From the NCBI GenBank assembly GCA_016199215.1, contig JACQHB010000009.1:4905-68904 (forward strand): a stretch of DNA of 64,000 nt, written 5' to 3'. Positions 30,553-39,921 of this stretch are shown piece by piece. This stretch comes from Candidatus Doudnabacteria bacterium (GTDB lineage Bacteria > Patescibacteriota > Doudnabacteria > UBA920 > O2-02-FULL-48-8). A model generated the notes under the pieces. The model made no database searches and was not told the DNA's origin. It saw only the letters and a list, made by a program, of their open reading frames with translations. Each line of letters opens with the position of its first letter. Position 1 is the first letter of the stretch. Both the position numbers and the translations under genes were made by a program.

Positions 30553-30562
30553 GGGGGGGGGG
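30553..30562. repeat. G10 homopolymeric tract at the 5' end of the RT gene
   Basis: ttgggggggggcg read directly. It lies in the RT 5' extension or promoter, depending on which start codon is real. Confidence 0.8.
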
Positions 30563-30578
30563 CGTATTAAATGTCATT

Positions 30579-31590
30579 ATGAAAATTAAGTTTAGTATTA
30601 ATTATCAAGAGCTAATATCAGTCGAGAACCTTTTTGCTGCATGGAAGGAGTTTATAAACGGTAAGCGAAGTAAGCCGGACGTCCAAAGATTTGCTCACGC
30701 TTTAATAGATAATATTCTACAGCTTCACGAGGATCTTGCCAACAAGACCTATAAGCATGGCGGTTATCATTGTTTTAATATCTCTGATCCTAAGCCTCGT
30801 AATATTAGCAAGGCGATTGTTCGTGATCGTTTATTACATCACGCGATTTATAGAAAATTCTATCCGTTTTTCGATAAGACCTTTATTGCTGATTCGTATT
30901 CCTGTCGAATTAATAAAGGAACTCATAAAGCTATTGATCGATTGTTAGGGATGTATTATAAGGTCAGTAAAAATAATCATAAGACTTGCTGGATATTAAA
31001 ATGCGATATTAGAAAATTTTTCGGCAGTATCGACCATAATATTTTGCTTAAGATTTTACAGTATTATATTCCCGATCAAGACATCCTCTGGTTGATGAAA
31101 AATATTATTGTCAGCTTTTCAACAAGTGAGAATAAGGGACTGCCGCTAGGCAATCTTACCTCGCAGCTGTTTGTGAACGTATACATGAATGAATTTGACC
31201 AGCGTAAAACATAAGCTTAAGGTCAAGAATTATATAAGGTACGCTGATGATTTTGTGATCCTATCGAAGGAAAGAAATGAATTGGTTAGTTTAATTGATA
31301 AGATTACCAAGTTTCTTAAGGACGAACTTGATTTAACCTTGCATCCGTATAAAATCAATATAAGCAATTTTGCGTTAGGAGTTGATTTTCTTGGTTGGGT
31401 TAATTTTTCAAAGCATAGAGTATTAAGAACTACAACCAAAAAGCACATGTTGAGGCGAATAGGCGAGCACCCAACAGCTGAGATGTTGCAGTCTTATTTA
31501 GGCTTATTGCAGCTTGGCAATACTAATAAGATTAAACAAGATCTCGTGAGTAAATATTGGTATTTGAACACACGAAAACTGGAATTGTAG
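30579..31590 (+). CDS. DGR-type reverse transcriptase, interrupted by a frameshift near 31200-31215 (pseudogene or sequencing error)
   Basis: RT motifs in order: ...CFNISDPKPRNISKAIVRDRLLHHAIY..., ...ILKCDIRKFFGSIDH..., DGR-characteristic GLPLGNLTSQLFVNVYMNEFD, then in the +1 frame VKHKLKVKNYIRYADDFVILS (YADD box) and thumb. The two ORF-track ORFs 30498-31214 and 31189-31590 are the two halves. Confidence 0.85.
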
Positions 31591-31611
31591 AAAAACTGAG
31601 ATTTGACAAAC

Positions 31612-31640
31612 GGGAACAATAGTGGTAAAAAATAAATGAG
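31612..31640 (+). promoter_or_regulatory. sigma70-like promoter upstream of the large surface-protein gene
   Basis: TTGACA, a 17-bp spacer, then TAAAAA(AT), read directly. Followed by a 7-bp hairpin (ttaacct/aggttaa) in the leader. Confidence 0.45.
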
Positions 31641-31713
31641 AGTTAACCTTGAAAGATTAGGTTAAATCAGAACAACAGAGAGACCAAAAAGCCCAAAACG
31701 CAGGCGGTGGAGC

Positions 31714-34700
31714 TTGCGCTTTTTTAATCCAAAAATTTTGAGCAAGAGGAAGAAAATTTTTTTGGCATCAACCCTTGTTTTACTGGGGCTTTTGGTTGCG
31801 GTCTTATTCTTGATCGATCGTCAAACAGATAATTCTTATAAGGGGGAGGTTGCTGGTATAAATATTGAAAGCCCTAAAATTGAGCAAATCGAGCAATTTG
31901 AAACAACCCACCAAGATGCTGCTACTGACGATCTGACCTCAAGCAGTATCGACTCTGCTCCTCAACCAGTAATTTTTTCCCCGCCATCCCCAGTTTTTTC
32001 GTCTCCTTCATTTCAACTCATCCCGGAGCAGGCCTCTACGGACGAATCTCCTCCACAAGCTGTTTCTGCTCCAGTTTCCTCTTCACCTCCAAATCCATTG
32101 CCTGTGTGGGGTGGGGTTAGTAGCGGAAGTAATCCGGAAGTACCAGCGGCTCCGCTTGTTTTGGACTCAACTCCTCCCAATCCTCCAACTGTTTCAACCC
32201 CAATTGCCAATTCAACTGTTACAGACGGTTCTCAAACTATTTCCGGGACCAAGACTTCCGATTCGGTTTTGGTTTGGGTTAATTCAGAATCAACCGGGGT
32301 CACTTATCCAAGCTCAACTACCTGGGAAAAAACAGTCGATTTGGCTTTTGGTATAAATACTTTTTCCATAACTTCCACTGACGGCGCTGGCAATCAAAGT
32401 GAAGCTGTCTCATATTCCATAAGTTTGGATAATCAAGGTCCGGACGTGCCAGTCGTAATTTCACCCGCCAATAATTTCACTTTTTATTCTGAAAATGATT
32501 ATGACCAAGACACACCGGGCATGCAGGTCTTATTGTTGGGGACCAAGACAGCTGACGCAAGTTTGGTCTTGATAAACTCTGCAGGTGTAATTTATCCCAG
32601 CAGTACGAGTTGGCAGAAAACAATCACCCTTAGCACGGGGATTAATAGTTTTAGCTTGCTGGCAAAAGATGAGTTTGGCAATGAAAGCCCTTCCGTATCC
32701 CATACAGTAAGCTATGACGACTCGCCTCTGCCTGATGCTCCCACAGTTACTTCTCACTCAAACAATGCTACGGTTTATCCAGAAAACGATTTAGAGGCTG
32801 ATGCCGGCATGCAAATTTTATTTTCCGGGACCAAGCCTCCTTCTGCCGCGACTGTTCAAATAAACGGAAGTTCCTCTGGGGTTTTGTATCCAACTGATAC
32901 TACCTGGCAAAAAACCATTACTCTTTCATCTGGCGCAAACAGTTTTACGCTAAAGTCCGTAACCAGCGCAAATCGAGAAAGTTCTTCCACGTCCCACACG
33001 GTTAACTATAATAGCACGCCGCTTCCAGAGATTGACTTAATTTTTAGCAGCCACCGGCCGACTTCATTGACCATTCCAGTATCCTGGTCGTCAACCACAC
33101 CGGGGGTCGCTAGTTTTGATGTAGAGTATAAGACAGGCAATGGAAGTTTTGTCTCCTGGAAATCAGCCACAACCGCAATCTCTGATAATTTTTATGCAAC
33201 CCAAGATCGAACCACTTATACTTTCCGGGCGAGGTCCAGATCTACTCGAATCGGGGATTGGGAGGAACAATCAACAGAAATTTTCCTTCAAGCAGTGATT
33301 ATTAATGAAATTGCTTGGCCGGGGACTGATGCTTCCAGCAATGACGAATGGATTGAGCTTTACAACAATACGAACTCGGCAATTAGCCTGGCTGGCTGGA
33401 AATTAACGACATTGTCAGGCTCCATTAACACGACCTTATCAGGGACAATAAGCGCCAAGGGATATTATCTTTTGGAACGAACTGACGATACAACAATTGA
33501 CAGTTTGGCAGCAGATAAAATTTATACAGGTTACTTGGATAATGGAGGTGATCGGATTAATTTGATCAATGACGAAAACAGGACAATCGATGTTGTAGAC
33601 ATGTCCTCAACCGGATGGACCGCTGGTACTGTTGCTGGTAAGAAAACAGCGGAACGAATAAATCCCAATCTATCTTCTTTTGCATCCAACAATTTCGCGA
33701 CCTCTACTGCCACAAGTTCTGAAACAGATTCAGAAGACAATCCTATCAAAGGAACGCCGAAGGCAGTTAACAGCGTGTTGAATGCCAGTTTGGCTGCCGC
33801 AACCCCGATTGTCTATGATACTGCCATAAATCGGGACACGGTTTTTGATGAGCTTGGGGAAATTTACAAAACTCAAGGAGCAGGGTTAACTCTTTCTGCC
33901 GATACGACGTTAGTGGTACGACCCGGAGTGGCAATTCTTGCCAATTCTCAAATCCAAATCAATGGCAAACTTAGCGTGGTCGGAACAGGCTCCTCCAACG
34001 CGGTCTTCACCTCTTACAGAGATTCAAATTATGGCGGAGCTGGTGGAGCAAATCCAGGCGATTGGACCGGAATCAAATTCAATGCGGGCGCTTCAAGTCT
34101 TTCAAGCATTGATTATGCCAAAATAATTTACGCTGGAAGCGCGGGCGGCATGAGTGGGGGAATAATCGTGAATGGTTCCAATCCGACAATAACGAATTCC
34201 ATAATAGAAAGAAGTATTTACGGCGCCACTGTCCTTTCCGGTAACCCAACCATTTCCAACAACACAATGCAGAACAATGATGCGACTGGCCTGCGAATCG
34301 CTGGCGGTAGTGCGGTCATCAACAACAATAGCAGTTTGGCAAACCAATATGGGGCGATTATCGAAGGCGGCGGCCCGACCCTGACCAGCAATGTTTTTGA
34401 CAACAATACTTCTGAAGCGATTCAATGGTACTTCCTAAGTTCAACCCTCGCTGGATCCGGCAATACAGCTTCGGGCAACCCGAAGAATGCCATTGAACTT
34501 GCCGGCGGATCAAACACCGGAGGAAACCATACTTTTGTCAATCTTGGTTTGGGTTATTCGGTTAACAGCTTAACAGTGCGGGCATCCGATACTTTAACTA
34601 TTAATCCAGGTACGATAATCAAATTCTCAAGTGGCATGACCGTAAATGGTAAATTGATTGCAGTTGGTACTGCTGGCAATCGCATTGTGTTTACTTCTTC

Positions 34701-35109
34701 CACTGACCCGGGTGTACCAGTCCCAGGGCAATGGGGAAATGTGAATTTAACCGCTTCTTCATCAGTAGAAACCCAAATTGCTTACGCGGATTTCAAAAAC
34801 GGCACCGGTCTTTCCGGCACCACAGGGGCTTTGTATGTTGCAGTCAACGGCCTAAGTTTTGACTACCTTAATTTTGACGGCAACGGCTTGGGTTTGTTTG
34901 TGAACAGTTCAAATATAAGCATCAGTCAAAGCATGTTTAACAATAATCCCAGCGGCGGTTTGATCAACAATACCAGCAATCTTGTTAATGCCGAAAATAA
35001 TTACTGGGGCAATGCCAGCGGGCCAAGACACAGTTCCAACCCCGGTGGAACCGGAGACAATGTCAGCGATAATATTGATTTTGACCCGTTTCTAACGGAA
35101 GCTCCCTAA
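31714..35109 (+). CDS. large cell-surface protein with an N-terminal TM anchor, Pro/Ser-rich linker, three Ig-like repeats, a lamin-tail domain (LTD) and parallel beta-helix repeats
   Basis: TTG start. Three ~95-aa tandem repeats (...[34 protein letters not shown]...). LTD signature [27 protein letters not shown]...LAGWKL. Then repeated NNxxxG beta-helix units (pectate-lyase-like). Confidence 0.7.
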   Translation: MRFFNPKILSKRKKIFLASTLVLLGLLVAVLFLIDRQTDNSYKGEVAGINIESPKIEQIEQFETTHQDAATDDLTSSSIDSAPQPVIFSPPSPVFSSPSFQLIPEQASTDESPPQAVSAPVSSSPPNPLPVWGGVSSGSNPEVPAAPLVLDSTPPNPPTVSTPIANSTVTDGSQTISGTKTSDSVLVWVNSESTGVTYPSSTTWEKTVDLAFGINTFSITSTDGAGNQSEAVSYSISLDNQGPDVPVVISPANNFTFYSENDYDQDTPGMQVLLLGTKTADASLVLINSAGVIYPSSTSWQKTITLSTGINSFSLLAKDEFGNESPSVSHTVSYDDSPLPDAPTVTSHSNNATVYPENDLEADAGMQILFSGTKPPSAATVQINGSSSGVLYPTDTTWQKTITLSSGANSFTLKSVTSANRESSSTSHTVNYNSTPLPEIDLIFSSHRPTSLTIPVSWSSTTPGVASFDVEYKTGNGSFVSWKSATTAISDNFYATQDRTTYTFRARSRSTRIGDWEEQSTEIFLQAVIINEIAWPGTDASSNDEWIELYNNTNSAISLAGWKLTTLSGSINTTLSGTISAKGYYLLERTDDTTIDSLAADKIYTGYLDNGGDRINLINDENRTIDVVDMSSTGWTAGTVAGKKTAERINPNLSSFASNNFATSTATSSETDSEDNPIKGTPKAVNSVLNASLAAATPIVYDTAINRDTVFDELGEIYKTQGAGLTLSADTTLVVRPGVAILANSQIQINGKLSVVGTGSSNAVFTSYRDSNYGGAGGANPGDWTGIKFNAGASSLSSIDYAKIIYAGSAGGMSGGIIVNGSNPTITNSIIERSIYGATVLSGNPTISNNTMQNNDATGLRIAGGSAVINNNSSLANQYGAIIEGGGPTLTSNVFDNNTSEAIQWYFLSSTLAGSGNTASGNPKNAIELAGGSNTGGNHTFVNLGLGYSVNSLTVRASDTLTINPGTIIKFSSGMTVNGKLIAVGTAGNRIVFTSSTDPGVPVPGQWGNVNLTASSSVETQIAYADFKNGTGLSGTTGALYVAVNGLSFDYLNFDGNGLGLFVNSSNISISQSMFNNNPSGGLINNTSNLVNAENNYWGNASGPRHSSNPGGTGDNVSDNIDFDPFLTEAP

Positions 35110-37113
35110 TTTATGCCTTTTAAGTTTGGTTTTTTGCCTGATTCCCGAAATTTGGTCGCGCAGGGACGCGGCTTTTTCAAAATCCAAATTCTTTGCGGCC
35201 ATATCCATCTGATCCCTAAGTTCTTCAATTAGGTAGGCAATCTCCTGTTTAGTCATTTTAGTCAAATCTATCTGTAATCCGTCATCAGTGATCGGCGTTT
35301 TTAATTTTTGTCCGGCAAGGCGTGATTCTTTTATTGCTTTCACAATTCCCGCGGGAATAATCCCGTGTTTTTTGTTGTATTCTTCCTGGATTTTTCTTCT
35401 GCGTTTGACTTCGCCGATTGCCCGTTGCATTGAGCCAGTGATTTTGTCCGCGTACATTATCACATGCCCGTCAATGTGCCGGGCGGCTCGGCCCATTGTT
35501 TGGATCAGGGAAGTTTCCGATCGGAGGTATCCTTCTTTGTCAGCGTCCAAAATGGCAACCAGCGATACTTCCGGCAGATCCAGACCTTCACGGAGCAAAT
35601 TAATCCCCACTACCACATCATAGACCCCGAGCCTCAAGTCTCTAAGAATTTCCAGCCGTTCCAACGTTTCGATCTCTGCGTGCAGATAGTGCGCCTTAAT
35701 TTTATATTCAGCCAAATAATGGGAAAGCTCTTCTGCCATGTTTTTAGTCAGGGTAGTTACTAGTACCCTTTGTTTTTTTGCCACTCTTTTTTGTATTTCT
35801 TCCATCAGATCATCAATCTGGTTTTTTGTCTGCCGTATTTCAATTTCCGGATCAAGCAAGCCGGTCGGCCGGATCAGCTGTTCAACGACTTGTTTTGATA
35901 TTGGAAGCTCTCTTGACTTATCTGGCGTTGCTGAAACGAAAATTGTCTGGTCGATCTTTTTTTCAAACTCCCCGAACTTCAAAGGACGGTTGTCGATCGC
36001 GGAAGGAAGTCTGAATCCATACTCAACCAAAGTTTTTTTGCGTGACTGGTCGCCTTCATACATTCCGTAAATCTGCGGGAGCGTGATGTGGGATTCGTCG
36101 ATAAACAGCAGAAAATCATCAGGAAAATAATCGATTAGGGTGGAAGGCGGCTCGCCCGGATTTCGGAAATCGAGGTGGCGGGAATAATTTTCTATTCCAT
36201 TCACATAACCCGTTTCAAGCATCATTTCGATATCAAAATTGGTCCTCTGTTCAATCCGCTGAGCTTCCAGGGCTTTGCCTTGTTTTTTGAAATATTTTGC
36301 CTGATCCGCAAGCTCTTTCCGGATATTGTCGATGGCCGCAAGCATTTTTTCCCTTGGGGTAACAAAATGTTTGGCCGGGAAAATTGTTATTTCTTTTCTT
36401 TGTCCCAGATCATCTCCCGTCAGAGGATCATGCTGGGAAATTTTTTCTATTTCATCTCCGAAAAAAGTAACTCGCACGATTTTGTCAGCCGATGCCGGGA
36501 TCAGGTCCACGCTGTCCCCCCTCACTCGAAAAGTTCCGCGCTCAAGATTAATGTCGTTTCGCACAAACTGCAGATCAGTCAAACGGCGCAAAAGCTTGTC
36601 TCGCTTCAAACTTTGCCCAACCGCCAATCTCGTGGATAATTCCAAATAATCACCCGGCGACCCCAGTCCATAAATGCAGGAAACCGAGGCGACAATTAAG
36701 ACATCGGATCTGGTCAGCAGGCCTTGGGTAGCGGCATTTCTTAGTTTATCGATTTCTTCATTGATCTCGGTTTCTTTTTCAATGTAAGTATCGCTTCTCG
36801 GGATGTACGCTTCCGGCTGGTAATAGTCATAGTAAGAGACGAAATAATGGACAGCGTTTTCCGGGAAAAAATCCTGAAATTCCGATGCCAACTGCGCGGC
36901 CAAGGTTTTGTTGTGGGAAATTACCAGGGTGGGTCTTTGGATTTTCTCGATCACGTTGGCCATGGTAAAGGTTTTCCCGCTGCCAGTGACTCCCAGCAGA
37001 GTTTGATGACGGTATTTTTTTCCCAAACCCAAGACTAACTTTTCGATAGCTTGCGGTTGGTCGCCCGATGGTTTGAAATTTGATACTAATTTGAATTTCA
37101 TCGTAAACTGCAT
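35092..37113 (-). CDS. uvrB: excinuclease ABC subunit B
   Basis: Walker [13 protein letters not shown], beta-hairpin region, helicase motifs and a C-terminal UvrB/UvrC-interaction domain; 673 aa. Confidence 0.95.
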   Translation of the reverse strand: MQFTMKFKLVSNFKPSGDQPQAIEKLVLGLGKKYRHQTLLGVTGSGKTFTMANVIEKIQRPTLVISHNKTLAAQLASEFQDFFPENAVHYFVSYYDYYQPEAYIPRSDTYIEKETEINEEIDKLRNAATQGLLTRSDVLIVASVSCIYGLGSPGDYLELSTRLAVGQSLKRDKLLRRLTDLQFVRNDINLERGTFRVRGDSVDLIPASADKIVRVTFFGDEIEKISQHDPLTGDDLGQRKEITIFPAKHFVTPREKMLAAIDNIRKELADQAKYFKKQGKALEAQRIEQRTNFDIEMMLETGYVNGIENYSRHLDFRNPGEPPSTLIDYFPDDFLLFIDESHITLPQIYGMYEGDQSRKKTLVEYGFRLPSAIDNRPLKFGEFEKKIDQTIFVSATPDKSRELPISKQVVEQLIRPTGLLDPEIEIRQTKNQIDDLMEEIQKRVAKKQRVLVTTLTKNMAEELSHYLAEYKIKAHYLHAEIETLERLEILRDLRLGVYDVVVGINLLREGLDLPEVSLVAILDADKEGYLRSETSLIQTMGRAARHIDGHVIMYADKITGSMQRAIGEVKRRRKIQEEYNKKHGIIPAGIVKAIKESRLAGQKLKTPITDDGLQIDLTKMTKQEIAYLIEELRDQMDMAAKNLDFEKAASLRDQISGIRQKTKLKRHKLGSFR

Positions 37114-37158
37114 TGTAGCAAACTGGGCAAAGCCTTGTATAGAGGTTATAATTAACCC

Positions 37159-37725
37159 ATGATTGGATCAATTAGCGGCAAAACCCAATATAAATCGTCA
37201 AGTTACATAATAGTTAACGCAAGCGGGGTCGGATACAAGGTGTTTGTGATTCCCCCGCTCCTGCTAAAGGCCCAGGCCGGCCAAGACCTGAATTTAGTCA
37301 TTTCTACTTATGTCAGGGAAGATCAAATTTCGCTTTATGGCTTCGAAACCCTACCAGAACTTGAATTTTTTGAGTTGCTTTTAACCGTTTCCGGGGTGGG
37401 GCCGAAATCGGCCTTGGGGATTATGTCGCTTGCTTCCGTGCCAATGATCAAATCCGCGATTGTTTCAGAAGATCCCAGCGTGTTTACGAAGGTTTCGGGA
37501 ATTGGCCGCAAGACAGCGGAGCGGGTGATTGTGGAACTGAAGGAAAAATTAAAAGACGAGTTGGGAGCAGCCCCGGTGGCAAAAGAGCATTCCGAGGCTA
37601 TGGATGCCTTGATTGCCCTTGGTTATAGCCAGCAGCAGGCAAGAGACGCCTTGAAGTCAGTCCCGGGCGACGTGGTTAAATTGCAGGAAAAGATTAAGAT
37701 TGCGTTAAAATTTTTGAGCAAATAG
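37159..37725 (+). CDS. ruvA: Holliday junction DNA helicase RuvA
   Basis: MIGSISGK... OB-fold N-terminus, helix-hairpin-helix pair ([12 protein letters not shown]; ...[12 protein letters not shown]) and a C-terminal domain III. Confidence 0.9.
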   Translation: MIGSISGKTQYKSSSYIIVNASGVGYKVFVIPPLLLKAQAGQDLNLVISTYVREDQISLYGFETLPELEFFELLLTVSGVGPKSALGIMSLASVPMIKSAIVSEDPSVFTKVSGIGRKTAERVIVELKEKLKDELGAAPVAKEHSEAMDALIALGYSQQQARDALKSVPGDVVKLQEKIKIALKFLSK

Positions 37726-37733
37726 TCGATAGC

Positions 37734-38672
37734 ATGATTTCCAGCCTTGATCAAAAAGCTTGGGATGAAAAAATAATCGACCTCGGTGGGTCGATTTTAC
37801 AATCTTATGCCTGGGGGCGGTTCCAAGAGGAACTTGGAAACAAGGTAATCAGATTTTCCGGTCCAACTTATTCGGCCTCCGCAGTCGGATTGCCGCTGCC
37901 GATGGGAAAAAAATATTATTATTGCCCGAAGGGGCCAGTCGGCGAAGCTGCCGACAATCTTGCCGACCTCAAAACTTTGGGGGAAGACAAAAATGTGATT
38001 TTTGTCAGGCTAGAGCCTCAGAAACCCATTTTGCTCCCAGTTGCGGCCAAGGAAGTTCAGCCGAAAACAAATTGGGTTTTGTCAGTAGATCAGACCGAAG
38101 ATCAGCTCTTAGTCGGGATGAAACCCAAAACCCGATATAATATAAACCTTGCTTTTAGAAAAGGAGTGGTGGTCAGGGAGGGTGGCGCTTCGGATCTGGT
38201 AAGCCTTTGGCAAATGATGCTTGAGACAGCGGCAAGGAACAAATTTCAGCTGCATCCCCAGAATTATTATTTAAAAATGTTTGAAATTCTTGCTCCCAAG
38301 CATTTGAAAATTTTGGTTGCTTCTTACCAAGGCAAGCCATTGGCTGGGATGATCCTTACGCTGTTTTCGGACTCCGCCACTTATCTGCACGGGGGCTCGA
38401 GTGCGGCAAATAAAGAAGCAATGGCTCCTTACCTCTTGCATTGGGAAGCGATCAGACTGGCAAAGTCTTTCGGTTGCAAGTTTTACGATTTTGGAGGCAT
38501 TGCTTCCAACAACGATTCCCGGCATGCTTGGTCAGGGATCAGCCGGTTCAAAAAAGGCTTCGGCGGTTTTGAGATTAATTCTGCCGGGGTATATGACCTA
38601 ATTTTCTCTCCTATTTGGTATAATGTTTACAAACAGGCCAGGCTTGTTCGTAGGCTTATAAGGCCTGTTTGA
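37734..38672 (+). CDS. FemAB family peptidoglycan interpeptide-bridge aminoacyltransferase
   Basis: Overall similarity to the FemAB/FemX fold (acyl-CoA N-acyltransferase-like), about 312 aa. Confidence 0.55.
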   Translation: MISSLDQKAWDEKIIDLGGSILQSYAWGRFQEELGNKVIRFSGPTYSASAVGLPLPMGKKYYYCPKGPVGEAADNLADLKTLGEDKNVIFVRLEPQKPILLPVAAKEVQPKTNWVLSVDQTEDQLLVGMKPKTRYNINLAFRKGVVVREGGASDLVSLWQMMLETAARNKFQLHPQNYYLKMFEILAPKHLKILVASYQGKPLAGMILTLFSDSATYLHGGSSAANKEAMAPYLLHWEAIRLAKSFGCKFYDFGGIASNNDSRHAWSGISRFKKGFGGFEINSAGVYDLIFSPIWYNVYKQARLVRRLIRPV

Positions 38673-38739
38673 GACCAAAAATCAAAAAGCAAAATTCAAA
38701 ATTTTTGAACTTTTACCTTTAATTTTTTATTTTTCTCAA

Positions 38740-39312
38740 ATGCAATATAAAATCGCTGTTTCCGGTTCCGCGGAAAACAACTGCGCCCAGGGCGCGTTTC
38801 GAAAATCATATGAAGTTGGGCGGCAGATTGCTTTGCAAGGCGGAATTCTTTTAACTGGAGCAACTATAGGCATTCCCGCCTGGGCCACAAGGGGAGCTAA
38901 AGCCGCGGGCGGAATTTCAATCGGACTTTCTCCGGCCGTGTCCAAACAATCCCATATTAAGACTTATCATCTGCCAGTTAAGTATATGGACTTGATTATT
39001 TACACGGGCTTTGATTATTCCGGCAGGAATATGCTCATGACACGGGCGGCTGACGCCGTGATTGTGGTTTGCGGCAGGATCGGAACGCTTAACGAATTTA
39101 CTACCGCCTTTGAGGAAAAGCGGGTGGTCGGCGTCCTGACGGGAACCGGGGGAGTGGAAGAAGAGATTGATGATATTTTAAAAATAGCCCGCCGTGGAAA
39201 AAAAAATATTGTCTTTGATGATGATCCTGCAAGGTTGGTGGCTAAGCTTATAAAATTAGTCCGGATAAACGAACGGCAAAAATCCGCTCCCAAGCATAGA
39301 GAGGTCGCGTAA
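38740..39312 (+). CDS. TIGR00725/LOG-like Rossmann-fold nucleotide-binding protein
   Basis: IAVSGSA... N-terminus, glycine-rich TGAT(I)GIP segment and a ...VVCGRIGTLNEF... segment typical of the LOG/SLOG family. Confidence 0.6.
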   Translation: MQYKIAVSGSAENNCAQGAFRKSYEVGRQIALQGGILLTGATIGIPAWATRGAKAAGGISIGLSPAVSKQSHIKTYHLPVKYMDLIIYTGFDYSGRNMLMTRAADAVIVVCGRIGTLNEFTTAFEEKRVVGVLTGTGGVEEEIDDILKIARRGKKNIVFDDDPARLVAKLIKLVRINERQKSAPKHREVA

Positions 39313-39314
39313 AT

Positions 39315-39698
39315 ATGATCTTATATCTGGAAACCTCCGAGAATGAACAAGTAAGATTGGCCTTGATTGGTCCGCGAAAACGCGTTGAAATCAGCCAACA
39401 TGCGATTTTTGATTTATCTGAAAAATTTCCGATTTTGATCCAAAAACTGCTAGATAAGGGTAAGATTAAGTTCTCTAATCTTACGGCAATCGCCGTGGTG
39501 GCCGGTCCGGGCCTATTTAGCCGCCTGCGGACCGCCGTGGTCACGGCAAACGCCTTGGCTTACGCTTTAGACTTGAAAATTATCCCGCTCTCGTCGCCTT
39601 TTGATAAGCTGGATTATTATAAGCTTTTGAAAAAACCGAAATTCCAGCAAATTGAGCCTCGGTACGGGAAAGCCCCTAACATCACGAAGGGGAAATAA
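39315..39698 (+). CDS. tsaB: tRNA threonylcarbamoyladenosine biosynthesis protein TsaB (short form)
   Basis: ILYLETSENEQVRLAL... and ...LTAIAVVAGPGLFSRLRTAVVTANALAYAL... align to the YeaZ/TsaB N-terminal domain. Confidence 0.65.
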   Translation: MILYLETSENEQVRLALIGPRKRVEISQHAIFDLSEKFPILIQKLLDKGKIKFSNLTAIAVVAGPGLFSRLRTAVVTANALAYALDLKIIPLSSPFDKLDYYKLLKKPKFQQIEPRYGKAPNITKGK

Positions 39699-39921
39699 TG
39701 GCCATAAGTGGCAAAAGGGAATTTGCTTGACAAGATCGCGTTTTTGATTAAGATATAGATGTGATAACAAACTTAATAAGTTGCATAGCCTGAGTGGCTC
39801 TTTTTGCATATGGCAAGAAGAGGTTTGTTTTTGTGTCCTTCTGTAAAATATAGATAAAAATTAGGCTAACCTAAAAGGTTTTGGGCTCTCTCACTATTAA
39901 TCCGTATGGATTGGCGGCTCA

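Noticed and set aside
31714-35109. Large surface protein as a second (remote) DGR target
   Set aside because: Its C-terminal sequence shows no similarity to the TR, and I found no other TR-like segment in the gene.
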